Below, piece after piece: positions 13,501 to 26,697 of a stretch of 61,008 nucleotides of DNA. The number at the start of each line of letters is the position of its first letter. The first letter of the stretch is position 1. Both the position numbers and the translations under genes were made by a program. Source of the DNA: Paramecium tetraurelia (Eukaryota); NCBI GenBank assembly GCA_000165425.1, contig CT868034.1, positions 186,001 through 247,008 of the forward strand, written 5' to 3'. The notes below the pieces were generated by a model, which ran no database searches, was not told where the DNA came from, and saw only the letters and a program-made list of their open reading frames with translations.

Positions 13501-14620
13501 TCTTGCATTAACATACATATTAGAATAATTTATTTTAGCTGGTATATTGCAATGTAATCAAGGTATTCATATTCATTCGGCTTTTCTTCCTATGCCTTTT
13601 GTTTTTTTTTTCTTTCCTATTAATTATTACCAATTAAAAGCTTATAAATGTCTTAATAATTATCCCAACCATCTCTTTGTAATATATCTACTTCTTCACT
13701 TCTCTAATAATTATTTTAACTAAACTTTTAGTCATATTTTAAACCCCGTTTTCTAAACTTGTCTCTTTCGGGATCTTCTTCATAGATTTTTCTTTATTTC
13801 AAGAGGATAGTCGTTTTAATTAATCATTTTTATAACTACCCTCTAAATTTTCCCTTCTGTTCCTACACATATGCATCTCTTTTGACTATTTATTAATTGT
13901 GTTTTATGCCAACATCTATTTCTTCCTAATATACCATTCTAGGTTTTAGCTAACTTGGAAATATTCCCTATTGTTCAGCTTATAGCTCGGATAATTTTTA
14001 TATATATTAATATTTTTTTTAAGATATATATAAATTATATATATATATCTTTTGAATTAACATATAATAGTTAAAAATCATCAAAAAAATATGGTGTCTC
14101 TATTGGAAAGTGTGTGAAATCTTTAAAAAGCATATTATGCTATTTGGATTCATATTTACAGATGCTACTAGTACAGACTTGAAATGATTGTATTGACAAT
14201 AAGGTTTAAGAGAAATATAATCTTTTCATTTTGTTATAAATCATCAAATTTTATTAAATAAACCGTTATTGAAAATATCTGAAAATAATTCTGATTTCTG
14301 GTCTAAATGTGTCATATTATATTAAATCTCAACAAATGAAAAAAAAAGTCATAAGAAAATTAATCATTAGTCGAATGCTTTCTTTGCCTAATTGTAAAAA
14401 TTATTATATGAATTATTGAGGTAGATCACAATTAAAAGTTCAATACAGTAAGACTATTTTTGCATAATTTCAATATATCTCAAAAATAAAATCAATAAAA
14501 TCTAATAGATCTATTCATATAATAGAAGTACAATATGAAGTTATATATACGAAATACAGTAAAAGAAGGGGTTCTTTTATGTTATATAATTCATAAATTG
14601 AGTAGTGTATATCATATTAT

Positions 14621-15377
14621 TCAGCAACATTGCATTTTCTTCTTAGATGAATCTGGCTGTGTTTCTTTCTTTAGCACATAAACATCATTGATTCCTAATT
14701 TAGTTTAACTTATTGGTTTCTATCCTTAGACAATTTTATATATTTCTATGTTATCAGAATTCATTGATTACCTGTAACCATCTAATTGAATGCTAGCTCC
14801 ACATTAACATTATTCAGTGCAGAGGTTTCTACGTATCCTACCTTATTTTAATCACAGAATTAGGAGACTTCATCAGTCCTTACGATCTTTATCAATTATA
14901 AGACATACTCTCTAATCTGCCAAATCTATTTTATTTCCTACCAACATTATCACAATATTAGAATCTCCATATTACTTTATTTCACTCATCCATCTTAATG
15001 TTGATTCAAATGTTCCTTATTTTGTAACATCATAACAAACAAACACTCCCTTTGCTCCTCTATAATAAGCACTAGTTATTGCTCTAAATCTAAGAGTTAT
15101 CTTAATCTCTCTTACTTTTCTTATCCTGCTCTATACAACATTTATATTACTTAACTGTATCCCATATCTAACACTTTATCAAATTACCATCCTCTCTAAC
15201 TGTCCTATTTAAGAATTCTACTCCTATAGTTGGTCGAGTATCATATTAAAAATCCTTATATTACAATCTATTGAATAAATTAGTCTTTCCCACTCCTGAA
15301 TCACCTAATCATTATTTAATTACTTTACCTATCAATATAATTTTGAACAAATAACTAAATTCATCATTATCCAACAT
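14621..15377 (-). CDS. Rab11-like small GTPase, 5 short introns
   Basis: [26 protein letters not shown] (P-loop), RPTIGVEF, QIWDT..AGQEKFRAITSAYYRGAKG, LVGNKIDL, ETSAL, and a C-terminal prenylation motif MQCC-TGA. Introns are 20-26 nt GT..AG. Confidence 0.92.
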
Positions 15378-15969
15378 ATATAAAATTTCTATAATATATA
15401 AATATTTTATTAAATTACTTAACATTAGCATTATTAAAGCCATTTCATTTTATAGCCTTTTCTCAAGTCTTTTTTTGGTTCTATTTAGTTTTTGAATTTT
15501 CTACCTTTCTATTCATTCTGCAAGATTTCTTTTCCATATTAATATATTAAATCAATTAATTTTATTCAAAAATTTATAATAATTAGAAAGTGAAGCCTTT
15601 ACTCAATAAAAAGGATATCTATGAAAATAGAATATCAGCATTAATAAAAACACTCTTTTGGTTTAATCAAAAATCATTTAATATACTCAGCTCATCCTTT
15701 TTAGAATAGGATGATGAATAAACTAAACTAATTGATTTAAGAAGAATAGATCAAACTGAAAATCATTTTATATCTGATAAATCAAATGTCTCAATCAAAA
15801 AAAATGTTTTAATTAAGAGAAATTTATGATTTAACATTCATAGAACATTATAGTGAACGAAATGTTTGTAAATAAGAATGATAAACAATTCTATTATCAA
15901 AACATCCTAATAATTTTTTTTTAATTAATATAATAATTTTCCCTATATAAATCTATTAAATCATTTTCA

Positions 15970-18900
15970 TCAGAACATGAGATATCCAAAAACGATAGTT
16001 GATAATCCTAGAATATATCCTGAATCAGTTGTTGTTTCATTATTTGTATTGTTTGTATTATTATCTGTATTATTTGGTTAAACAACAACAGCAGTGCAGA
16101 CTCCGCACTTGCTAGTAGATGCATTCCATGTATATGTGTATCCAGAAACCAAGAAACAATCATTTAATGATAAAGTTGATGGGTCTGTGGCTGTACATGT
16201 TCCACTAACAAGAGTACAAATTTATTAAGTCTTTTTATCCCAATTCAAGAATCTTGTGCAAGCACCATTTGTGGCTTAGTTTGTAGCACAAGTATGAGTG
16301 GCACATTTACTAGCAACTGCAGTTGCTCCAGTTCCTGAGGCTGCAGTCCATGAACATCTATCCTTAGCAGCTTAACAAGCAATTTAATCATTATTAGCTA
16401 TTGTACATGCTGTCATTAAAGCACAAGTTCCAGTACCAGCAGCAGCTCCAGTAGCAGTTGATTAAGTGAATACACAAATACCATCTAATCCACCTGAATT
16501 ACATGCTGTCTTTGTTGTATATGTTGAGCAGTTAGCCTTTGAAATGCAAGCAGTTCCATTTGATACACATGATGATAAAGCAACTGAACAAACATTTGTG
16601 GATGTACCATTTTGAATATCAGCACAAGTCATTAATCTACATTTAGCAGTGTTATTATTTGTAGCAGATGCAAGTTCCCAATAACAAATACCATCAGATC
16701 CAACAGCTGTTGTACAAGCAGTTTAAGTAGTGTATGATGAACATGCTCCTTTAATTAAACATGTAGTTCCATCTGATGTACATGTTGATAATTATGATGA
16801 ACATGTAGCATGAGTTGTTCCAGTCAAATCAGCACATGATTAATCTCTGCAACTACTAGCAGTTGTATCCCAAGTACAAATACCAGTTGAAGTAATGGCT
16901 CCAGATGTTAAAAGAACTCCTTTATCATTGAAATAGCATCCTGCTTATGTAGTATAAGATGAACAAGCACTTAAAGCGATGCAACCAGTTGTTCCATTTG
17001 TTGTACACTTCTTACTAGCAATTTAACAATCTGAATGAGTTGTGTAGAATGCATCTGCACAAGATGTATATGGTTTACAAACCTTTGGATCTGAAGAATT
17101 CAAGGCTGGAACTGATTGAATACAAGCTCCATCATATCCTGTAACACATCCACCATCAGTATTAGTTTCAGAACATAAAGTAATTCCAACACAATTGGAT
17201 CCATTAGTTGTACATTAATTACTAATCCATTTACATGATGTATCTGAATTCCAATTCAAACTCTTACATGATGTATATCTGAAACAAGCTCCTTTTGATC
17301 CATCAGTATTAACATAATCATTAATCCATAAACATGGTCCATTAGTTCCTTCAATGCAAGCACTTCTGATAGTAGTTTATTCACAATTTTAAACTCTTGC
17401 ACATTTTCCATTGGCACCAGCAGTACATCCAGCTCTTTAGGTTTGGCATGCAGCATGAGTGGTTCCACTGAAATCTTAACAATCTTTATCTCTGCATTTA
17501 CTTTATGCACTATCCCAGGCACAAACAGTTCCATTAAGGGCAGTAGTACAAGCAGCATCAATAGTAACAGCTGCACAAGTAGACTTAGTAACACATCCAC
17601 CACCATTCTTTGTTGTACAATTTGTGAAGTAACCTTGCACAGGCTGCTTCAGAAGTTAAAGTAACTGGGGCAGTATTACAAGTCTTTATTGTACAATAAG
17701 CTGGATTTGTACCAACAACTGGCATCCATTCACATTATTGATTAGTTACAGAGGTAACACAACCTGCTTGGCTTTAAGCTTAGAAGCATGTTCCTCTTGT
17801 AACACAATTTGTTCCATTTGTTGTACATGTGCTTAAGGCTGATTTGCAGAGAGCATCGGTAGCAAAAGCAAAATCTTCACAAACCTTTGTTTTACATTTT
17901 ACTGAATCTAAAGTACATCCTGCTAAATAAGTATTGCATTCATCAGCAGTAGCTGTTGCTTCTGGAGCATTTTCACAAGATCTTGTAATACAAGCAGTTC
18001 CATTCCAATAACATGATTTTCCATTCTTATCAGTAACACATTATTTTTCAGTCATAGTTTCACATGTATCTGGTATATCAACACATCCTTATCCTGTAGA
18101 TGCAACTGTACATTTATTATTAAAGTAAGCTCTACATTTATCATTATCATCATAATCAGCAGTTGCAGGAGCAGTAGCACATGACTTATCTGCACATTAA
18201 GTACCATTCCATCCACAAGGATCTCCTGTAGCATTGAATCTGCATTATTCTTAATGAATATAAGTAGAACAAGCTGCTGTTTATTAGCAACCTCCTAGAA
18301 CTGGTGCACCACCATTTGTATCTGGTGTAGCAACTACTGTACATTTAATAGTAGCTGTGGAAAAGTAGGCATCACAGTCAGTATGTGTTGCTGTTGCAGT
18401 TGGAGCAGTTGTGCATGATTTATCTTAGCATACTGGTGTAGTTAAATTAGTATTCCAAACACAGATACCCTGCACTTGCATTAGTTTTGCATTAATCCTC
18501 AATTGAATAAGAACTGCATGCTCCTCTAGCAGTACAACCAGGAACGGCAGCTCCATTTGTAGCTCTAACTGTACAAAGTAAAGTTGTATCAACTGCTACA
18601 CATTCAGCATGAGTATCATATGAAGTTGTAGCTTCAATATTACCACAATTCAAATCGACACAATTCTTATTAGTTGGATTCCAGTAACATTTTCCACCAC
18701 TTGTATTGAATTTACATTATTAACTGGATTTATATGCGGAACAAGCAGCTCTTGCTTAACAACCTCCAACTCTTGCAACGGTGCAAGTAGATAGATATCC
18801 AATACATTCAGCATGTGAATCATAACTTGTATCTGCTGTTGCAGTATCACAGGTTTTTCTGACACAAGATGTTCCTGAAACAACACATTCACCTTCAACT

Positions 18901-21900
18901 GCCCAAACGCATGCTGCTGCAGTCTAACTAGCACAGGTGGTTGGCAATGTTACACATGCAGTTGGTGATGAAGCAGCATTGGCAGTACAAGTATTCAACC
19001 AAGTATTACAATTTGTATGAGCAAATGGTGTTGTTTTATTAGCACATGTCTTTGTTTAACATCCTGAAGTTCCTTATGCAACGCAACCAGTTTTGAAAGT
19101 ATTGCATTTTGTGTCATCAAAAGTAAATCCTGCTCCTAATTTGATCTATTCACAAGTAGTTGTAGCTGTTATAGCTTGGCAGGTAGTATCAGCAGCATTA
19201 GCAGTACAATATCCTGCAGTTGATCTATAACAATTGGCAATTGTAGTATAACCTGAACATTAAGCCTGATTTGTTACACAACCAGTTCCATCTCTCTTTA
19301 CACTGCAAGTAGTACTGTAACCTTAACAAATATCCCAAGTGATATTCGTGCCTGTAATTGCTTCACATGTGGTAAAAGCAAAACATGCAGTTGCACCAGC
19401 ATTAATATGACAGGAAGTGCTATATGCTTAACAAGTTGCTTCAACATTATTTGGATTTGACAAACCTGTAATAAGATTACAATTTGCTGATGTAATATCT
19501 AGACAATTAGTGCCATCCCAATGGCATTTCAAACCATCAGTTCTAAATGAACAGCTAGTTTCTGTAGTTGCATATCCTACACAAGTTGCTTACACTGCTT
19601 AACATGCACCCAGAGCTTTATTAATAGTACAAGCAGTACTATGTCCTTAACAATAAGCATGAGTGTTATTTGGAGTAGCCAAACTTGTAAGAGCATTGCA
19701 ATTTGCTGATGTAATATCAACACAATTAGTGCCATCCCAAAAGCATTACAAACCATCGGTTCGTTTTGTACAGTTAGCTTCTGTTGTTGTATATGCTGCA
19801 CAAGTGGCTACGTATGCTTAGCATGCATTAGGAGTACCATTAATATGACAGGCAGTATTATATGCTTAACAAGTTGCTTCAACATTAGCTGGACTTGATA
19901 AACTTGTAATAAGATTACAATTTGCTGATGTAATATCCTAACAATTAGTGCCATCCCAAAAGCATTTCAAACCATCAGTTCTTTTTGTACAGTTAGCTTA
20001 TGTTGTTGTATATGCTGCACAAGTGGCTACGTATGCTTAGCATCCATCAGGAGTACCATTAATATGACAGGCAGTATTATATGCTTAACAAGTTGCTTCA
20101 ACATTAGCTGGACCTGTCAATCCTGTAATAAGATTACAATTTGTGGATGTAATATCTAGACAATTAGTGCCATCCCAATGGCATTTCAAACCATCAGTTC
20201 TAAATGAACAGCTAGCTTATGTTGTTCCATAACCTGCACATGTTGCTTAAACTGCTTAACATGTAGTTCCTGCTTGATCTACAGTACAAGTAGTACTTTA
20301 TGTTTAACAATTGGCATGAGATGTTAGGGTTATTAAAGCACAAGAAAATGTACAAGCATCTGATTCTGTAGCACCAACAGTGTTAGTACAACCTGTTTTA
20401 ATAGATTCACATTGAGTTTTTGTACCTGTAAATGTTGAACATGCACCTTGAAGATATGTATTAGAATAGCATTTGCTATATGCAGATTTCCAGGTGCAGT
20501 CATCTGAAGTAGCTGCTAAAGTTCTTACGCATTAAGCTTATGATGCATAGTCACTGCAATTAGCTGATCTTGTCACACATCCTAATCCTCCTGTTTTGTA
20601 TAAAACTGTACAAGTATCAGAAGGAGTTTAATAACTTGAGCATTCAGAATCGCTATCTCTTGTATTACTATCTTCTGCATCTGCACATGTAGCATTTCTA
20701 CAAGCAGTTCCAGTCCATATACAATTTTTTCCAGCAGAAGTAACTTTACAATTTTCAGCAGATCCATAAGATGTACAAGCTGTAGCTAAATTTTAACAAG
20801 TTGTTTTTGCATTATTCACTGTGCATGTATTCAAAACACCTTAACAACCAAGGTGAGTAGATTGTGAAATATTTGTACAAGTTCTATCAACACAACTAGT
20901 ACCATTCCAATAACAATCTCCATTTGCTTTTGAAGCAATTCCGCAATTAGTTGAAGTTAAAGAAGTACAACTTGATGGTTTTGGAATGCAGCCATCTGCT
21001 GTGTTATTAGCAATACAAGTAGATAAATAAGTTGAACAATTTGAAGAACTAAAAACTGTCAAGAATCCAGTTGTTGTTGCAACGCTAGCAGTAGTACAAG
21101 ATTTCTCAACGCAAGCTAATGTAGCAGTATTCCATAAGCATGTTGGGAATCCAACTCTTGTGATTTCACAATTTTCAGTTGATTTTCTAGCTGCACATGT
21201 TGTTGGTAAGTCTTAACATCCTGCAATTGATCCATTAACTGGATTATTAGCTACACAATTGGTTTTGTAAGTACCACAATCAGCTGTTGTTGCTGTTGTT
21301 TTTGGAGCAGTGGAACAAGCTTTATCAATACATTATGAACCATTCCAACCACATAGAGGGAATGATTTAACTCCATTTGTAACTTATAATCTAATATTAC
21401 ATGCTGCTTCAATTGTGATTGCTTCACATTTAAGTGGTAAAGGAACACATCCAGTACCAGTATTACTCAAAGTACAACCAGAATCATATGTTTAACAATC
21501 TGCATGAGTAGCTGTGGTTGATGAAGCTAATACACATTCTCTTTTATAACATTTTCCTTTCCAAATGCAAACTTTATTATTTAAATCTTTGTCACAAATA
21601 GTTTATGCCAATGTATTTTCACATGATTTATCAACACAACCTGCATTAGTTGAATTTACTGTACAAGTAGATAAAAAGGCAACGCATAAATCATGAGTAG
21701 TATTAGTTGATGGAGCATTAGCGCAAATTTTATCCTTACAGGTTGAACTTGCAGTATCCCAGAAACAAATAGCACCAGAGGAATTTTTAACACAAGCAGC
21801 TTCTAAGGTAATTACTGCACATGTAGTATTTGTTACACATCCACCTGCAGTCTTTGTTATACAATTATTATTTGGTAAATATGCTTCACATGCATCATTT

Positions 21901-23120
21901 GTTGTTATTGTTGTTGGAGCATTTGCACAAGTTCTTGGTTAACATCCACCTCCTACTTTAACTGTACATGATGATAAGTATGATGTACATAATTCATGAG
22001 TATTATTTGTTGTTGGTGCATTAGCACATGTCTTTTCTTTGCATGTTGTATCCCAAATACAATCAGTACCAGAAGTATTTTTCACACAAGCGGCTTAAAC
22101 ATTTGCAGCTGAACAAGCACCATTAGAGACACATCCTCCTCCTGATTTAGTGATACATCCTGTTACAAATCCAGCACAAGCTGAATTGGTTGTCATTGTG
22201 GTTGGTGCATTTGTACAAGTCTTATCAACACATGCAGTTCCTGTCCAATAACAATCTCCACCTGTACTATTTTTAACACAAGCAGCTTAGATAGTAGCAG
22301 CTGCACAAGTAGTTCTAGTAACACATCCTCCATTGGCTTTTGTTGTACAGGTTCCATCAGTTCTAAATGTTTTACATGTATCATCAGTTGTTAATGTAGC
22401 TGGTGCATTATCACAAATTCTGTCTTTACATGCAGCTCCATCCCAATAACATGCAGTAGACTTTAATTTATTCCAAACACATTGAATTTCTAATGTTTAA
22501 TCACTGCAATTATTTCCACTATCAACACATCCACCTCCAGTCTTTGTTGTACAAGTAGATATGACATCTCTGCATTCTTTATCTGTAGCAAATGTTGCTG
22601 GTAATTTATCACAGGTATTAGCATCTACACAAGTGTTATTTGTTGTATCCCAATAGCACAAACTTCCTGCAGTATTTTTTACACAAGGGAGTTGTTTCTT
22701 ATATGTGCTACAAGCATCAACTTCAACACAATGAGTTCCATCTGTAATACATCTATTACTTATTGCTTAACATTCAGCATCTGTTGTTTTTGAAAAAGCT
22801 GTGCATCCAGTGAAGTATGTGCATTTGCCTTGAACCCAGGCACAGGCAGCATAGTTACCACAATCAGTACAAGGTTTAGCTTTAGGACAATCTGCTTCAG
22901 CAAATGTATCACAATATGCTGCATAAGTCACTGTTGGAGTGACTGGAGTAGTAGAAACTGCACAGGCTTTCTTTGTACTATCCCATGAACAGCCAAGGGA
23001 TGCATTTTTTAAACAATCTCCTTCTGATAACAATTATGCACATGTGCATGATGTTATACTATAGGTTTGACAAGTTGCATAAGCAAGCAACAATGCAAAT
23101 ATGATGAATTATTTATTCAT
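15970..23120 (-). CDS. Variable surface antigen, 51A-like, ~2380 aa, GPI-anchored; two apparent single-base insertions
   Basis: Starts MNKQFIIFALLLAYATCQTYSITSCTCAQLLSEGDCLKNASLGCSWDSTKKAC. Contains the A-type segment TTTGFLTVFSSSNCSTYLSTCIANNTADGCIPKPSSC and ends IVFGYLMF-TGA. Extra bases near 17635 and 18469 account for the length: 7151 minus 2 equals 2383 codons. Confidence 0.95.
19420..20290 (-). repeat. Intragenic tandem repeat, 219-bp (73-aa) period, ~4 copies, in surface antigen 2
   Basis: tatgcttaacaagttgcttcaacatta occurs at 19423, 19861 and 20080 (multiples of 219). caattagtgccatcccaa recurs four times at 219-bp spacing. Confidence 0.9.
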
Positions 23121-23160
23121 TTAAAGTATTATCATTCTACTTTTCTTAAATTCCAGTTAA
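23121..23160 (-). promoter_or_regulatory. Conserved ~40-bp proximal upstream element of surface antigen gene 2
   Basis: The minus strand reads TTAACTGGAATTTAAGAAaagtagAATGATAATACTTTAA-ATG, matching 2452-2491. Confidence 0.6.
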
Positions 23161-23814
23161 ATTATTTTTTTAAGTTTAATTTTTTTTCCTATCTTTAAAA
23201 CAACACTTTTATTGATATTTTTTTGATTCTGAATTTAATCTTACTCTTAATTAACATCAATAATATTTATACAATACAATAATTTTTCAGCTCAAATTGA
23301 GAAATTTGGTGAGAAAAAAAGAAAATAACTTTCTGATCCTAAAAAATAGTTAAAAGCACTTGGATATGACATTTTTGTTGTATTAAATATTTTATTATGA
23401 TTTCCTCTGATTCTGTTTCCAAGTCTGTAAAAAACATTAAAACAAGAAAATATTATTCATTCAAGGCTCTGCTCTCAACTTAAATAAACAGAGAAACAAC
23501 CCTTTTTTGATTAGTTTATTATTATGATGGAAATTGACTTCATACGAACTTACAAAATATTTTCTGAAATTTCCTTAATTTTGAGATTAGTTGTTCTTAT
23601 CAAAAATTACTTAACCTATGGCTTTTAGAATAAAACAAAAAAACAAAAAGAAGTATTCTGAGCACATTGTTGCCAGAGGAAATAAAAGAAAAGTTAATAT
23701 GAATGAATTTATAAAAAGGTTGCCAATATTATCACTCAGGTATTTATTAACAAATTAACATTATACTATCTAAACATAGAGACGATCTGCTCAATATCCC
23801 TTTTTAACAATAAT

Positions 23815-23850
23815 AATTTATTAGTGAATTTGAAAATTCACTAATAAATT
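23815..23850. repeat. Perfect 17-bp inverted repeat (hairpin/cruciform)
   Basis: AATTTATTAGTGAATTT-GA-AAATTCACTAATAAATT. Confidence 0.85.
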
Positions 23851-25959
23851 TTTTAAATCTTGAAATTTCTTTAATTACGTAATTAATTAAATAATATATA
23901 ATATTTTATAATCACCTTACACTTAGCAACTTTTTTTCTTTCAACAGATATTGGCAATTAACATTTTATATTTCAGGCTCACATCGTTAGATTGTAGTTT
24001 AAATAAGTAAATATTAAAAAGGAAAAGGATCATTAGTCGAATCAAGAAATTTACATAATAATTTTTAATTTCAATATTTAATTAAGAAAGCAAGTATTAA
24101 GAATTTACATCAATAAAAGTAGATTAGGAAGCCAATTCTTGGTTTATTCCTTGATTGAGATTCTTCCAATATAGATGATCAAGAGAAAATCTCCCTTTTA
24201 GATCTAATTTTTCTTTTTTTTCCTAACTTTTATTAATATCTAGGTTGTTCAATTTATGAATTATCTTAAATCAGTGTTCAAAGTATTAGAATTCATGTTA
24301 AAGAATGAAATGAATGATTATTGAACTTTGAGAAATTTTATTCATGTTTTTTTAAACAAATTTTTTTTTCCCTTATCTTTTTCTATTTAAGTGAGTGATA
24401 TTTAGTACTTGATCTACAATTCATATCCCTAAGACAATGTGATTTTTATTTTAAAAGTTTTCAAGAATGTTTGATGAGTTATGGTCATTTGAATTTATCG
24501 ACATGTTGCAATAGACACATGTTAGATAAATAATTTAGAATATATGTTAGCTAGTTTTAAGCATGACAACCTTCAAATTTACGTGTGATTCTCAAAAAAA
24601 TAGCAATAAATTAGAGGATAGGATTTCATCATACTCTTCTATTTTTATTATAATATAATCTCCAGCGTAAACATAATGTTCTTTGTGCCTGATAAAATTT
24701 AGCATAGCATAAATCCTGAAAACATATTGGTATTAAAGCTTTTCATTCAATTTTAAATTTCAAGATCAACCTTGAAAATACTGATAAACAGAAGATATCT
24801 GAAGCCAGCTTATCAATTCATAAACTAATAAGAATACAGAATTTAGAGTTTGGAAAAGGTGTATTTTTAAATCAAAAAAATAGATTATAATTGATTAAAA
24901 TAAAGCTGGTCATAGCTTTGTTTCATTCATTTTTATAGGCTTTAGAGAGTAAAGGGTTCGGATTTATGAGGGATTTTATTTTTTATTAACATAAATAATA
25001 TACTAATTTGATATTATCGATTTTAATTTGAATAATTTGGAATTGTTTGCATTTCTTTAATTCACATATGAATTTTTCAAGATATAAGATTTATCAGAAC
25101 TATCTGAAAGGATTGGAAGGACAATTAAAATCTTGCCTTTTAGCATAATTTATTTTCCATTCATACCCATAGGAAAGTTGTTAACCAGAAATTAATTATA
25201 AATTATCCAGATCCTAATTATGAGGGTTGATAATCAAAAAGTCAAAAAGTAACTTATTATGTTATATAGAATTTCATTGCAATTAACTGAAGTAAATTTA
25301 TTATGTACTCTATAGCAATTCCACCTGAGTGAAAATTAGACTTAATTTACTTTTGGTAGGGCATATTTATTTCTTATTTCTTAAATGTAGAAAAAGTCAT
25401 TTAGATTACCTCATTTTCTTTTCATGATTGTTCCCTTATAATAAAAAAAATAATCAATTAAAATTGAAGAAATTAAACAAAGTCTAATACTATTTAGAGG
25501 AAATGTTTTTAAAATTTTTATTAAAACATACAAAAATCAAAAACTTTAGAAGCTGTTTAAGGGAGAGATTTTTGAATCTTAAGAAAATTGATCAAACCAA
25601 AGTAAAGCAAAAAGAATCTCTTAATGAAAATATTTTAATTATTGGGAAAATATAAATATAATTTATAAACAAAATAATTAATGTTGAATGCATGGAGTAA
25701 TTGTTCCACTATGTCTTTATCATTTTTGCCCATCGTCTTGATACTCTCTTTAAGTCTAATCTAAATTCTTATTAAAATATTTATTTCCATTTTAATTTGT
25801 TGAAGATTCAATATTTGTTGAAGGAATGTACTAATAATTCTTCCCATATATTTTTTCTCTATTGTTTTATGTTTTGAGATTTATTTTGGTTTAATCTGTA
25901 TTTTTCTCCTCTTCTTAAAGAATTTAAATTGATAAGTGTATTTAGAGCTTAAAAAGTGC

Positions 25960-26560
25960 AATAATTTTCTAAAAAATGGTGATGCTTTATAAATTTAATG
26001 GTGCTCATTTATTATAGAGATATTATCACAATACTAAGAGGAAATCACGAATAAATTCAAATAATATCAGTGCGTGTTTTATAATGAATACTCAAGAAAG
26101 TATGGCAATACTAATGTGTGGAAGTACTTAAGTGAATTCTTTGATTACTTGCCCTAACTGTAGTAACTGAATTATCAAGTATTTTGCCATCATATATCTC
26201 TTCTTCGATTAACTCATTTTAGGATATATGCCAGAATATTGTGGATTGATCTTGATGAGCTATTATATGGTATTCCAGCTAAAAAAGCTTGATTTACTTT
26301 GGAAATAACATCTCTAAGCAATTTAACCAAACACAAATATAAGATGATTTTAAGAGAACATCAATTAGTTTTTGACGAATAATCAAGATTGTTAATGATT
26401 AAGTTATTCCTATGCTAATGATAGAAATTTTATATAAATTATGCTCTGCTCTTAGTTAATGTTGTAAATGTGGTGGGAATCAAGCCGAAATTATGGAAGT
26501 TGATGAGTATCTAAAAAACATTGATCTTAATATCCTGACTCTACTTATTTTTAAATTTAA
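25960..26560 (+). pseudogene. Decayed PP2A-type serine/threonine phosphatase catalytic subunit
   Basis: Fragments in changing frames: [68 protein letters not shown]. These are colinear with PP2Ac. There are frameshifts, an in-frame TGA and deletions, and the N-terminal GDxHG/GDxVDRG motifs were not found. Confidence 0.85.
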
Positions 26561-26697
26561 ATTATGAGAGAGAACCTTATGATTACTAGAAGAATATTCA
26601 ACATGATGAATTACCTTCAGAGAATGAGAAAATTACAAAAAATCCCACATAATATTTATGATTATTAATATATATAATAAACATCAGAATCAGTTTC

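Noticed and set aside
11650..14000. Coding-like minus-strand region between the antigen genes (e.g. EDIFFAGGQLDSWICGIHVQCPY)
   Set aside because: It is interrupted by TGA stops and frameshifts and I could not recognise a family. It is probably a pseudogene.
14021..14052. AT palindrome aagatatatataa...tatatatatatctt
   Set aside because: Low-complexity (TA)n sequence, expected at this base composition.
2616..22384. Leu/Val/Gln-rich ORFs in the track (e.g. 2616-2852, 7776-8159, 17256-17606) and antisense Ser/Thr-rich ORFs
   Set aside because: They are off-frame or antisense shadows of the surface antigen genes caused by codon bias. They appear twice only because the genes are duplicated.
2492..23120. 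Retained IESs (TA-bounded inserts) in the antigen genes
   Set aside because: Both genes reconcile to open frames after removing only single-base insertions, and no non-coding inserts were seen.
24450..24800. Possible kinase relic (HSINPENILV)
   Set aside because: Only one weak motif, with no DFG, APE or glycine-rich loop found.
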